A DNA stretch of 63,907 bases, filler included, from Octopus bimaculoides (Eukaryota): the NCBI RefSeq assembly GCF_001194135.2. It is 5 parts of 5 records of this genome, joined end to end, with 100 filler letters (N's around TTAATTAATTAA, not from the genome) between each part and the next. Parts side by side here need not be neighbours in the genome. Positions count along the whole stretch, not along the records: positions 40,814 to 55,414 come from NC_068994.1; positions 55,515 to 62,360 come from NC_068981.1; 3 more parts are not named here. One strand, 5' to 3'. Shown piece by piece: positions 48,609-61,002 of this stretch. The position numbers and the translations under genes were made by a program. Each line of letters opens with the position of its first letter. Positions within the stretch are counted from its first letter, which is position 1. Below the pieces are notes generated by a model. The model was not told where the DNA came from. It searched no databases and saw only the letters and a program-made list of their open reading frames with translations.

Positions 48609-49616
48609 NNNNNNNNNNNNNNNNNNNNNNNNNNNNNNNNNNNNNNNNNNNNNNNNNNNNNNNNNNNNNNNNNNNNNNNNNNNNNNNNNNNNNNNNNNNN
48701 NNNNNNNNNNNNNNNNNNNNNNNNNNNNNNNNNNNNNNNNNNNNNNNNNNNNNNNNNNNNNNNNNNNNNNNNNNNNNNNNNNNNNNNNNNNNNNNNNNNN
48801 NNNNNNNNNNNNNNNNNNNNNNNNNNNNNNNNNNNNNNNNNNNNNNNNNNNNNNNNNNNNNNNNNNNNNNNNNNNNNNNNNNNNNNNNNNNNNNNNNNNN
48901 NNNNNNNNNNNNNNNNNNNNNNNNNNNNNNNNNNNNNNNNNNNNNNNNNNNNNNNNNNNNNNNNNNNNNNNNNNNNNNNNNNNNNNNNNNNNNNNNNNNN
49001 NNAACCCAACCTCAAAAGACTTCTATGAAGTCCTGATATAAAACAGCTACGACTTTGATCTGGTTTTGCTAAAGAATAACTGACGATTTAACTATAGAAA
49101 CAGCGAAGAAATTATATACCACTTAATATAAGAGATGAAGATAAAACTAAAGATACTTGACAAAGGAAACAGATAAAATACAGAATAGGCGGTGATAATA
49201 TTTATGAAACAAAAAAACGCGAAGGGATTTCTATAAGTTTTGACAGAAAGGTAATACAAAACATTTAAAATTATTCAATAGAAAGCGTTGAATCGGATTA
49301 AATGTACTAAATACTTCTAGGAATACTCTCTGTATTATATCTATATATCATCTGTATATCTTCTATATTCGCTTTATTGCTGCTTTTGAAAATTGAATAC
49401 AAATCACAGATAAAATTTGATATTGCGTTGACAGAATATTAAATCCAAGGATTAATGGGTGAAATTATATACACGTAAAGTTCTTTGTTGTGTAAAGAAA
49501 TACCCACGCATAAAGCAACTCAAGTGAGTATATATGTGCAGCGAAGCACAGATGTATGTAAACAATTTCGTGTATGTAAATATATGTGCGTGAATATGCT
49601 TGTGTGTCTGTGCATA

Positions 49617-50486
49617 TACAGGGTGCGGTGACTAAACTGTCGTCTAAATTTCGCAAATATAAAAATAACACTGACATCTCGTTTTAAGAGATATATTTAC
49701 CAAATTTACATAAAAGTATCTTGAAATATTAAAGAGTAAACGTATTCAATAAAATCGTCATTGGCTTCAACGACAGCCTCAAGGTGACTTCGGGATGTCC
49801 TGCAACTCTTCTAGACATCTCCTTGTTGGTGAATGCTGCCTTAATCCTTGCCTTCAGTTCATATTTAGTGTTACAAGTTTTATTGGTGTCTTGCTCAACT
49901 GCTCCCCACATATAATAATCAAGGGGTATGCAATATGGAGAGTTAGATGGCCAGATATTAGGTGTGATTTAGTCACAGAAGTTGTCTGACATCCATTACT
50001 GGGTTTTCTTGCTTGTTTGGCATGAGGCAGAGTCATTTTGCCAGACATAGGGTCTTCCAGTTGCTACTCTCTTGACCCAGAGCAGCACAACGTCATCCAA
50101 GCACTTGATGTAGGTCTTCGTGTTGAGTATGGGGCCTTGTGGGAAGATGCTTAGAAGTATAACTAGTCGCCATCACTAGTGATTATTCTAAACACCATGA
50201 TGTTGACTGGATGTTTGATTTTTATCATTCTCGCTGCCTGTCCTCAGATTGACACCCACACACTCTGAAATGTTCGTGTTGGAGCTTCCGGAGCGAATGC
50301 CAAGCAGTACAGCACGTCGTTTCCGAATTTCTGGCAGAGTGAACTGCGTCATGGTACCGTTTTTCTCACAGACTATCCCAAACTGACACTATTGTAATGT
50401 GTAGTCGACAAAATCAAAACCAAACAATGCGCATGCGCCAAAGTATAATATAAAAAGGTGACAATTTACCCGTCGGACAGTTCTAC
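49617..50486 (-). mobile_element. maT/DD37D (Tc1-mariner) internally deleted element
   Basis: TA-CAGGGTGCGGTGAC terminus; MTQFTLPEIRKRRAVLLGIRSGSSNTNISEC N-terminus; KHPVNIMVF..GRPYVWQNDSASC..WPSNSP..YMWGAVEQDTNKTCNTKYELKARIKAAF. Confidence 0.9.
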
Positions 50487-50612
50487 AATATACAACGCAG
50501 AGTAGATAAAAGGAAATCTTTAAACAGCCAAATCAAAGGATATCAGGTAAAGAGCCTGAAGGACATGCACCGGTTTTATATATTATAATATATATATTAT
50601 AATATATATATG

Positions 50613-50654
<42 letters not shown>

Positions 50655-50844
50655 ATATATATATAATATATATATATATATATGATAGATATATGATATA
50701 TAGATATAGATTTATAATATATATATAATATATATATATGATATATATAGATATATAATATATATAGATATATATACATTTATTATATATAATATATAGA
50801 TATAGATTTATAATATATATATAATATATATATGATATATATAG

Positions 50845-50877
<33 letters not shown>

Positions 50878-51329
50878 GATAAATATACATATATATGTAT
50901 ATATCATATATATATATATATATATATAAGGTTATAAAGGACACAGGTTTCGTGTGTCACATAGCTAGCTAGAGGCGATGGCTTCTTGGAGCTAATTCAC
51001 GGCAGCTTTCGTCCTAATTTTGGGACTGCCATGTTGGCTTGGCGATAACTATATATATATATATATATATATATNNNNNNNNNNNNNNNNNNNNNNNNNN
51101 NNNNNNNNNNNNNNNNNNNNNNNNNNNNNNNNNNNNNNNNNNNNNNNNNNNNNNNNNNNNNNNNNNNNNNNNNNNNNNNNNNNNNNNNNNNNNNNNNNNN
51201 NNNNNNNNNNNNNNNNNNNNNNNNNNNNNNNNNNNNNNNNNNNNNNNNNNNNNNNNNNNNNNNNNNNNNNNNNNNNNNNNNNNNNNNNNNNNNNNNNNNN
51301 NNNNNNNNNNNNNNNNNNNNNNNNNNNNN

Positions 51330-51372
<43 letters not shown>

Positions 51373-52199
51373 AAATATATAACCAATTATATTTTTACGT
51401 GGTTTAAGTTTTTGAGTGTATTCGACAATTGAAAATATATGATAGCGCGGAGAAAACTCTAAGGTATAAAATTTCATTGAACGAAAATAGCTAACGAATC
51501 ATTGACATTTTTTAAGAATTACTCCTGTAGGAAAACCTTTCAAATACGTCTATATGTAATTATATTTTGTTGTCCAAAACAAATTCCTTTAACTCTGCGT
51601 ACTGGCCGCTTGAGATTAAGAACGGCTCAACATTTAAGTGATTAATGAACTACCGACTACGACGAATACAGAACATGCACAATCGCATTATCAGATATAT
51701 GAACACGTCTGGACACAGTAGGAGATACACAATAATGCGTACATCTATACATATAATCACGTATACATATATACATAGTCACATACACAATTTTGATTTG
51801 AAAATACAATCATCGCCCCAAACTCAAAATCAATTTCAGTTTTCTTCTATATATGGTCATTTCTATTGTTCACACGAAAAACAGTTTTATTGGTTTTCTT
51901 TTCTTTACGTTATCTTTTGCTTCATAAATTGTCTACTGAGGGTGAAGGACAGATGTTTAATTATGTAGAATTTTAAATAAAACGCTTCTTGTGTTTTCGT
52001 TGCACAGTTCTCATATCTAAGTTTGTATCACGTCGAGGCTGACTACATCTTCTACCATATCTGTGTCACAATATAATATATAATATTTCATTATAGAGCT
52101 CAAAGTGTGTAAATCAGTACATGATTAAAAAAAATTTTTTTTTATATTTATTCCAGCTTCGCACCGGAAAAAATATCTAGACCGATCTAATAAATATTC

Positions 52200-52420
52200 T
52201 TTTTTTTACTCTGCTCTAGACACAAGGCCCGAAATTTCTGGGGAGGAAGCCAGTCTATTAGATCGACCGCAGTACGCAACTGGTATTTAAATTATCGACC
52301 CCGAAAGGATGAAAAGCAAAGTCGACCTCGGCGGAATTTGAACTCAGAACGTAAAGATACACGAAATACCGTTTGGCATTTCGCCCGGCGTGCTAACGTT
52401 ACTGCCATCTCGCCACCTTT
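52200..52420 (-). mobile_element. SINE family 2, full length
   Basis: Minus head AAGGTGGCGAGATGGCAG..; core TTTCATCCTTTCGGGGTCGATAATTTAAATACCAGTTGCGTACT. Confidence 0.9.
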
Positions 52421-52429
52421 GATGTAATA

Positions 52430-52511
52430 AATATTCTTTTGTACTCAAGGCACAGGGCCCCAAATTTTGGAAGAGGGGGCCAGTCGATTAGATTGACCCC
52501 AGTACGCAACA
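52430..52511 (-). mobile_element. SINE family 2 3' tail fused to a 5S rRNA head
   Basis: TGTTGCGTACTGGGGTCAATCTAATCGACTGGCCCC..GGCCCTGTGCCTT matches tails at 52210-52275 and 53715-53785. Confidence 0.8.
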
Positions 52512-52614
52512 GGTATTTCCCAAGCGGTCACCCATCTAAGTACTCACTAGGCTCGACGCTGCTTAACTTCGAATATCGGACGAGAAACAGCGCATTCAAC
52601 GTGATATGACTAGG
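52512..52614 (-). pseudogene. 5S rRNA-derived sequence (~nt 1-103 of 5S), 3'-truncated
   Basis: CCTAGTCATATCACGTTGAATGCGCTGTTTCTCGTCCGATATTCGAAGTTAAGCAGCGTCGAGCCTAGTGAGTACTTAGATGGGTGACCGCTTGGGAAATACC aligns to metazoan 5S including boxes A, IE and C. Confidence 0.92.
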
Positions 52615-52837
52615 GTTACTGAACCTCACTTAACCTGTCTTGCAGCCCTCCGAGTTTGGGACAAACAAACATGAGTAAACATGCTACAGGCGATTCTTAC
52701 TCTAGTAACAGTGTATTGCATTTCGACTTTGTCAGTCATCTATCCTTTCTATCGTTGATAAAATAAATACACCAGACAAGTACCGGAGCCGATTTAATAC
52801 CCAATGTTATTTCTAGCATAGTTACTGGACTGTTTAA

Positions 52838-52988
52838 TTTACTATCTGAGTTCAAATGCCGCCAGGGTCGACATTGCTTTTCATTCTTTAGGGCTATATA
52901 AAATTAATACCAGTCGAACACTGGGGTCGATGTAATCGACATTTCCCCTTCTCCGAAATTGCTGGCCTTGAGCTAAAATTGTAAATCA
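52838..52988 (+). mobile_element. SINE family 2, 5'-truncated
   Basis: TGAGTTCAAATGCCGCC..GTCGAC..TTTTCATTC..ACCAGTC..CTGGGGTCGATGTAATCGAC. Confidence 0.75.
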
Positions 52989-53714
52989 ATATAAGGTGTA
53001 TGGATCGATAGATCGCCGATTAAAATGCCACTATGCACTTAGTTATAATACTTAGGAATAGCTTATGCTATTATTTATTCCCAATTCAACCCTAATCATG
53101 TTGATCGAAGATCGAATATTTTCAGGTATTTATCCTACTGTCCAGTTTATATACTATGAGAAAATGAAATTTGAGAGAAATTTGGCAACTAGACGACTGT
53201 GCAGAGCCGCTCACGGTGCTACGTTATTTCATTCAATTGAAAGGAAGAATAACAAGGCCTAGTATATAAGTCATATTGTACAATCAAAATAGCATAAAGC
53301 CGAAAATTCTCTCTCATTTTTTATTGAATTGAATCGCTTCATTTTACGAATTTTAATTCACTTTGGAAATGCATTAAAGACAAATGAATGTTTCAATATG
53401 TCAGATCCAGTAGCATAAGATTTGACATCCATGATATTTCGCGTTACAATCTAATACAACGAAATGTAATGAAAGTCAAAGAAAGAGAATAAATAGCCCC
53501 CTTATAGTGATATACAATATAGTGGCATTTCAGAAGCTTGAACTTCAAAGACACACGAACGAATGCAGACTGACATCGATACAAACATGAAGATATATAG
53601 ACACACAAGCATGCATAAAACGCAATCACATATGTATATAGCTACCCAAATGCATGCATACACCTATATTCACACACACAAACATAAACACACGCCCATA
53701 CATATATTTGTTTC

Positions 53715-53878
53715 TATTCGTGTCACAAGGCCCGAAATTGTTGGGGAGGGGGACAGTTGAGTAGCTCGATCGCAGTACGCAACTGCTACTTCATTTATCG
53801 ACCCCGAATGGATGAAAGGAAAGTCGACCTCGGCGGAATTTGAACTCAGAACGCAAAGGCAGATGAAATACCGCTAAA
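53715..53878 (-). mobile_element. SINE family 2
   Basis: CACAAGGCCCGAAATT..TTTATCGACCCCGAATGGATGAAAGG..GTCGACCTCGGCGGAATTTGAACTCAGAACG. Confidence 0.8.
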
Positions 53879-54576
53879 TCCTCAGTATATCGTGGGTTTC
53901 TGAGGCCAATAGGTTTTTATATTTTTGCTTCGATTTTAATTATTTCTGTGGTAAAATAAGTTTTTTCACACCTAAAAATAACTAAATAATGATATAGTAC
54001 AATTCTACACTGTATAACACATTAGTTAAAATATATTAAAAGAAATACACACACACACACACACACATATATATGTATATATATATATATATTATTTTGA
54101 GGTAATGTCTGAAGATTTACATAAAGGACATTATCTAATGTATATCATGAATTTAGCAAATTCATTCCGTTATTAATAATATTATTTATATTCATAGAAT
54201 ATATTTCCTATGTTGTATTGAAACACGTGTAACAAAATTGAAATCATACCACATATTCCAGGTATTACTTTAATACATATCACAGTTCACTGGAGATTTC
54301 AGCTTGTGTGCATGATTTTCTCATTTAAAATGAAACATTTATATACATAAAATCAATAGCTGTAATGCCCGGATTTACTTCACGAGGACACAGCTTGGGT
54401 TATAATCCCCTTATGTATGTATATACAAACGTATATATATATATATATATAGATAGATAGATAGATAGATATAGATATATCGATAAATAGATATACATAT
54501 ATATACATATATATATTTATACATATATATATACATATATATATTTATATATATATGTATATATGTATATATATGA

Positions 54577-54675
<99 letters not shown>

Positions 54676-54776
54676 ATTTATGTATACAAGCACGCATGCA
54701 TGTATTTATATGTGCATGTATGTTTGTACATATGAATGTATGTATGTGTGTATGCATGTATGTATATGTATGTATG

Positions 54777-54808
<32 letters not shown>

Positions 54809-55514
54809 CATGCATGTATGTATGTATGTATGTATGTATGTATATGTGTGTGCATGTATAGATGTAGGCTGGAAAGCGTGCACGGATCGATTATAAGCGA
54901 GATAAGGTAAACCAACAAATTATTTCCTATAGGTATGGAATATTAATTGCGACAATGTTTCTTCTGATTGCTTAACATGAATTTCTTATTGGTTGCACAA
55001 CATTTATTGCAATAATTAGTTGCTGAAAATTAAGAGTTTCTGTAGCAACACATCGATTTCAAACTGTATCAAGATCGCTGTAGTTGCTCACGTTAATGAT
55101 ATTTAAGTTTTTAATGTTGCCGATGATTGTCGATAGCGTCGATTTGATAGCATTTGTGATAGTGACTGTGTAACTTATCGATGGGTTCGTCAGGTCAGCT
55201 TTGGTCGAATACACCTCAGAGTCCTTAAGTACCTTCCCTATTGTTGTTCCGTAATTTTTTTAGGCTTCTGCAGAATACGTTTCCTAATGCGCCACATACA
55301 GTGAGTTTGGACTAAATCTAAGAATTGTTTTTATACATCTTTGGTGATCTATTTCTAGCATAATGGATGTCCACTTAGTGATCATCCCTCCTTATACGTA
55401 TGTATATAATATATNNNNNNNNNNNNNNNNNNNNNNNNNNNNNNNNNNNNNNNNNNNNTTAATTAATTAANNNNNNNNNNNNNNNNNNNNNNNNNNNNNN
55501 NNNNNNNNNNNNNN

Positions 55515-55772
55515 TTGCCATTGCCCCTGGACTGGCTCTTGTGCGGGTGGCACATAAAAGACACCATTTCGAGCGTGGCCGTTTTCGTGCGGGTGGCACG
55601 TAAAAGCACCCACTACACTCTCTGAGTGGTTGGCGTTAGGAAGGGCATCCAGCTGTAGAAACTCTGCCAAATTAGATTGGAGCCTGGTGTAGCCATCCGG
55701 TTGCACCAGTCCTCAGTCAAATCGTCCAACCCATGCTAGCATGGAAAGCGGACGTTAAACGATGATGATGAT
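55515..55772 (+). mobile_element. RTE 3'UTR/tail
   Basis: Subrepeat units plus the shared tail and (GAT)n. Confidence 0.85.
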
Positions 55773-56584
55773 ATATATATATATATAGAGAGAGATATAG
55801 GGCAGAGAATTGCCAATTAGTTAATAAAGTTAATAATTAACAATTTTGCCAAGTAGTTCGGAATGCAAAAAAGCCTTTATCGGTAAAACTATTTATAATT
55901 ATAAACATATAGGGATCAGCATGAGCTGCCTCACAAACATACTGAAAATTTAGAAATAGCAGTCAAAGAACTACTAATTCTAACTACAATTTTTTTCCTA
56001 ACAGATGGCGATATTTATGGCACACACAGAACAAAATAGAAGAGAAAAAAACAAAAACAAAACTTGCCGTTAGTTAATCATGTACGACGTTTCGTGATTA
56101 GAATATAAAAATTCTTTTCCACTCATCAGCATGATATACAAAATAAATCTGCTTTTCTGGCAAATTTGTAAACCGTTGGGTATTACTTTTCTTCTCCGAA
56201 CATGTCATGTCTCATCATCATCATTTTCTCTGTTGGTATGGGTTGGATGATTTGACAAGATTTGTGGCAAGCTCCAATGTCTTCTTTGACATGGTTTCCA
56301 CTGTTCAATATCCTTGCTAACACCAGCCACTTTACAGAGTGTAATGGGTGCCTTTTTGTGATACCAGCGCAGGTAAGTGCCCTTGACTGAGTGGAGCAGC
56401 ATGAGCATGGAGATGGCTCATTATGCTAGTATTTGACCTGACATCAGTCACAATTGGGACAGTGATAATTTGCAAACTTATTTGTATTTTGACAATTTTG
56501 CTTTGTTTTCATGCAACTGATTATGATGATTGATTCTTTGTGCTTCAAAATATATGGCACCACCTTTTTCATTAATTTCAGGTT

Positions 56585-56730
56585 TTTGCAATATCCTCCC
56601 AGTCATTACGTTTTATATTGAGGTGTTTAAATTATCCTTAAATTTGACTTTATAGTATGGTAATGGTCTACCAATGTTATGTCATGAGTGTTTTAGGTGG
56701 CCCTGAAAGACTTGCTTTGGAATTCTATCA
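56585..56730 (-). mobile_element. RTE-type LINE C-terminal fragment (different family)
   Basis: IPKQVFQGHL..IGRPL..KVKFKDNL..WEDIAK resembles PK.ll.geL..GRP..kD.lK..WE..A. Confidence 0.45.
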
Positions 56731-56853
56731 TCATTCATTCACAAAACATGACCACATCACCTGAGTTCTGATTAGGAAAGTTTCTATGCCAGGGATATTA
56801 CATGTAAACAAGATATGTGTTCCTTGCTCTATCATCCTATTTAATATTTATAT

Positions 56854-56899
<46 letters not shown>

Positions 56900-56934
56900 T
56901 ATATCAACCATGTTCCAGCAATAGTCTAAAGATC

Positions 56935-57683
56935 ACTAGAAAAGTTTTTGCTGCTTTAGACAAATGTTTCCCTAAATCAAATAGATACCATGCTATTTTT
57001 AATAGACACACCATAAAGGTATCTTTCGCTAACTCTATAATTTAGACCACTGTATTAATAATAATAAAATGAAACAACAGCTCAATAGCCCACTTATTGC
57101 AACTAGCAAAGATATACATTAAAATACCAAGGAAGGAGATGTAAACCTCAATGAGAAGCACCAGATACGGCCAAATCATGCTCGTAGTAATAATTGTGAT
57201 ATAGCTAGCATGGTAACAACTTCAGAAAAGGAAGTTAGAACTGTCATATATACAAATAAATATAATAAATGTGCATGCAGGGATAAATCAAGATGCCTGT
57301 ATGAGTGCAAATCTTGTATGTAAATGTACCATGCACACAAGGAGAGGACCGTATGTTTACATTGGGGCAATGCCTGATCCATTCAAGAATTGTTATCGCA
57401 ACTATGTCACTAGCTTCAAGAAAATCAGTAAGAAACATTCAACATCTTTGGCCAATTTTGTGTGGCAAAGGAAGATAAAATTAAGTATGCCATAACTTGG
57501 TCCATAGTAAAGCATGCAAAATCATATAATATCAGTTCCAGATGCCGACTCTGCTCCAAGGAATTCCTGTCTATTCTGTGGACCAATGAGAAGCTCATTA
57601 ATAGAATTTCTGAAAGACTCTCAAGATGCTTACATGCATATAAATGCACTTCTGCTCAATGGAGTGGAAATGAATTTGGGTAA
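56935..57683 (+). mobile_element. Penelope-like element linker plus GIY-YIG remnant
   Basis: DKCFPKSNRYHAIFNRHTIKVS; ANLVCKC..YVYIGAMPDPFKNCYRNYVTSFKK..STSLANFVW; ITWSIVKHAKSYNISSRCRLCSKE..RISERLSRCLH. Confidence 0.9.
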
Positions 57684-58104
57684 CTGTTAACCTAATTAGT
57701 AATGATAATTCACCTTAAGGTATGGATGAATTAAATTTAGCTCTAACCTCCCTGTTCTTGTAAATACTAAGTAACTATTTAATTCACTATGTGAACATAT
57801 GTGCATCAAACCACACGTGTTTGAATGCTCATATGAGCGTATGTACATGCGCCATATGACTCTACGTGAGGGTGTTTATATATCCATATCTGTTAACAGT
57901 TATATTTAATACTTTTTTCATTGTTTGTTTCTTTTTTGCATGTTAGTTTTCTTTTATTGATTTTCTATATACATGAAGCTATATCCTTTTATTTCCTGCT
58001 TTTCTTCAAACAAATGAAACAAATACATTGCAGAACTGTTATTTTAATGATGAGAGAAAAACTGAAATAAACCTGCCTTTGAAATGCAGAGTAGATGGAA
58101 TAGG

Positions 58105-58193
58105 GACAACTGAAGAAGGGAAATATTCTTTATGTTGCATGTCTCGTTTCTCTGTTTTTTTTCATTATTTGAAAAAAAAGTTCATTTACTGTC
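58105..58193 (+). ncRNA. Degenerate long-loop-II hammerhead motif in a PLE pLTR
   Basis: GACAA-CTGAAGA-(54 nt)-GAAA..TA-CTGTC; stem I GACA/TGTC, stem II weak; ~420 nt after the PLE ORF. Confidence 0.35.
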
Positions 58194-58676
58194 TTCGTCT
58201 TTACGTTTTTGTTTCTCATTGTGTTTAACGTTTTTTGTGCTGTCCTGTACTTATATATGCATCTATGTATACATATAGATGTAGGTATGTACATATATGT
58301 ATGGATATATGCATATGTTTATATATTATTTACGTTATATATATGTATATTACGTATATATATATATATATATATNNNNNNNNNNNNNNNNNNNNNNNNN
58401 NNNNNNNNNNNNNNNNNNNNNNNNNNNNNNNNNNNNNNNNNNNNNNNNNNNNNNNNNNNNNNNNNNNNNNNNNNNNNNNNNNNNNNNNNNNNNNNNNNNN
58501 NNNNNNNNNNNNNNNNNNNNNNNNNNNNNNNNNNNNNNNNNNNNNNNNNNNNNNNNNNNNNNNNNNNNNNNNNNNNNNNNNNNNNNNNNNNNNNNNNNNN
58601 NNNNNNNNNNNNNNNNNNNNNNNNNNNNNNNNNNNNNNNNNNNNNNNNNNNNNNNNNNNNNNNNNNNNNNNNNNNG

Positions 58677-59047
58677 GACTGGCTCTTGTGCGGGTGGCAC
58701 ATGAGATGCACCATTTTGAGCGTGGCCGTTGCCAGTACCGCCTGACTGGCTCCCGTAGGATTTTCGAGTGAGATCGTTGCCAGTGACCCTGGACTGGCTT
58801 GTGCGGGTGGCACATAAAAGACACCATTTCGAGCGTGACCGTTTTTGTGCGGGTGACACGTAAAAGCACCCACTACACTCTCTGAGTGGTTGGCATTAGG
58901 AAGGGCATCCAGCTGTAGAAACTCTGCCAAATTAGATTGGAGCCTGGTGTTGCCATCCGGTTTCACCAGTCCTCAGTCAAATTGTCCAACCCATGCTAGC
59001 ATGGAAAGCGGACGTTAAACGACGATGATGATGATGATGATGATGAT
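58677..59047 (+). mobile_element. RTE 3'UTR with subrepeats and tail
   Basis: As for 12312-12633. Confidence 0.85.
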
Positions 59048-59089
59048 ATATTTGTATCAAATATATATGTATATAAATATATCATATAT

Positions 59090-59897
59090 AGACAACTGTG
59101 CTGGTATGGTCATGTAGCGAGAATGGATGAGGATAGCTGTGTGAAAAAGTGCCACAGCCTAGCGGTTGAGGGAACCTGTGGAAGAGGTAGTCACAGGAAG
59201 ACCTCGGATAAGGTGGTGAAGTACAACCTTCAAGCATTAGGTCTCACAGAGGCAATGACTAGAGACTGAGACCATTGGAAATATGCAGTGCATGAGAAGA
59301 CCCGGCTAGCCAAGAGAGACCATAACCCGTGGCCTATACCAGGAGTGTAACCAGCCCAGTTATGCATACCTTTCCTTCATTGGACACTAAACTCTGCTTG
59401 CGAAGACCTCTTGAGGCAAGTGAAATTGAAATCAAATCAAATTCGCAAATTCGATGACTGGTGCCCATGTCAGTGGAGCGCTAAGAGCACTATCCTAAGA
59501 TGATTGCTGCCAGAGCTCCCGTGTCGTAAAAAGCACCATTCAAACGTGTTCGTTACCAGCATCGCTTTACTGGCACTTATGCTGGTGGCACGTGAAAAAA
59601 CATTTGAGTGATGTCATTGCCAGCACCGCTGGACTGGCTCCTGTGCAGGTGGCACATAAAAAGCACCACTTGAGCATGGTCGTTGCCAGTACTGCCTGAC
59701 TGGTCCTCGTGCTCGTGGCACGTAAAAGCACCCACTACACTCTCGGAGTGGTTGGCGTTAGGAAGGGCATCCAGCTGTAGAAACTCTGCCAGATCAGATT
59801 GGAGCTTGGTGCAGCCATCTGGTTCACCAGTCCTCAGTTAAATTATCCAACCCATGCTAGTATGGAAAGTGGACATTAAACAATGATGATGATGATA
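59090..59897 (+). mobile_element. RTE LINE 3' end: ORF2 C-terminus plus long 3'UTR
   Basis: RQLCWYGHVARMDEDSCVKKCHSLAVEGTCGRGSHRKTSDKVVKYNLQALGLTEAMTRD*DHWKYAV (RWxGHV..GRP.KTW..DR..W motif), then subrepeats and (GAT)n. Confidence 0.9.
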
Positions 59898-61002
59898 TNN
59901 NNNNNNNNNNNNNNNNNNNNNNNNNNNNNNNNNNNNNNNNNNNNNNNNNNNNNNNNNNNNNNNNNNNNNNNNNNNNNNNNNNNNNNNNNNNNNNNNNNNN
60001 NNNNNNNNNNNNNNNNNNNNNNNNNNNNNNNNNNNNNNNNNNNNNNNNNNNNNNNNNNNNNNNNNNNNNNNNNNNNNNNNNNNNNNNNNNNNNNNNNNNN
60101 NNNNNNNNNNNNNNNNNNNNNNNNNNNNNNNNNNNNNNNNNNNNNNNNNNNNNNNNNNNNNNNNNNNNNNNNNNNNNNNNNNNNNNNNNNNNNNNNNNNN
60201 NNNNNNNNNNNNNNNNNNNNNNNNNNNNNNNNNNNNNNNNNNNNNNNNNNNNNNNNNNNNNNNNNNNNNNNNNNNNNNNNNNNTATATAATAGAGAAATA
60301 AGAAAATGGAGGGGATCAATAGGTGGTATTCATCAACTTTTAGACATTATATTATGTCAATTTATTTATTTACTACAAGGACAATTATAACAATATACAT
60401 ACATGTATAACATATTATGCTTTACACATATAATATATAAAATATAAAAATATCAGCAATTATTAAAATATACAAAATATAGCAGTAGAAATTGGGATAA
60501 TATCTTACAGCTGTTTCAGCCAAGAGGCAATAATAGCTCATTCTACTTTTATCTCTCCAGTGGACTGAAGTAATTAGTAGATGAAATTGAGGTATTTGGG
60601 TGTTAATCTAGGCGTCATCAGAGATTTTAGAAAGTACGTAAGGTTAAGTTATAAATATAAATACACACACATATACATACTTTTACATATACATACATAG
60701 ACATAAATATACATAAATAAATATACCTACACTTAATGTACATGCATATGCATATAAATGAATCACTTATTATTATTATTAGATGCATTATATTATTCAT
60801 ATTATATCAAATATAAACAGAGTTATGGGAAAATTATTATGAGAGGAGTAATATTGTAATTTATGAAATCAGTATATCTTTAGATTATTTTAGTTATGTA
60901 AGAATGAAACTATATACATGAGGAATACATATATATATATGCACACATATATATACATACATATATATATATGTATGTATATAAATAAAGTATATAAATA
61001 AA

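Noticed and set aside
48187-49041. 284-aa poly-Leu/Thr-rich, mucin-like ORF
   Set aside because: Arises from (CTA)n and degenerate trinucleotide repeats running into a gap; no splice or domain support.
58677-58870. CRISPR-like appearance of repeated GC-rich units
   Set aside because: Units are degenerate subrepeats of a eukaryotic LINE 3'UTR with no unique spacers and no cas genes.
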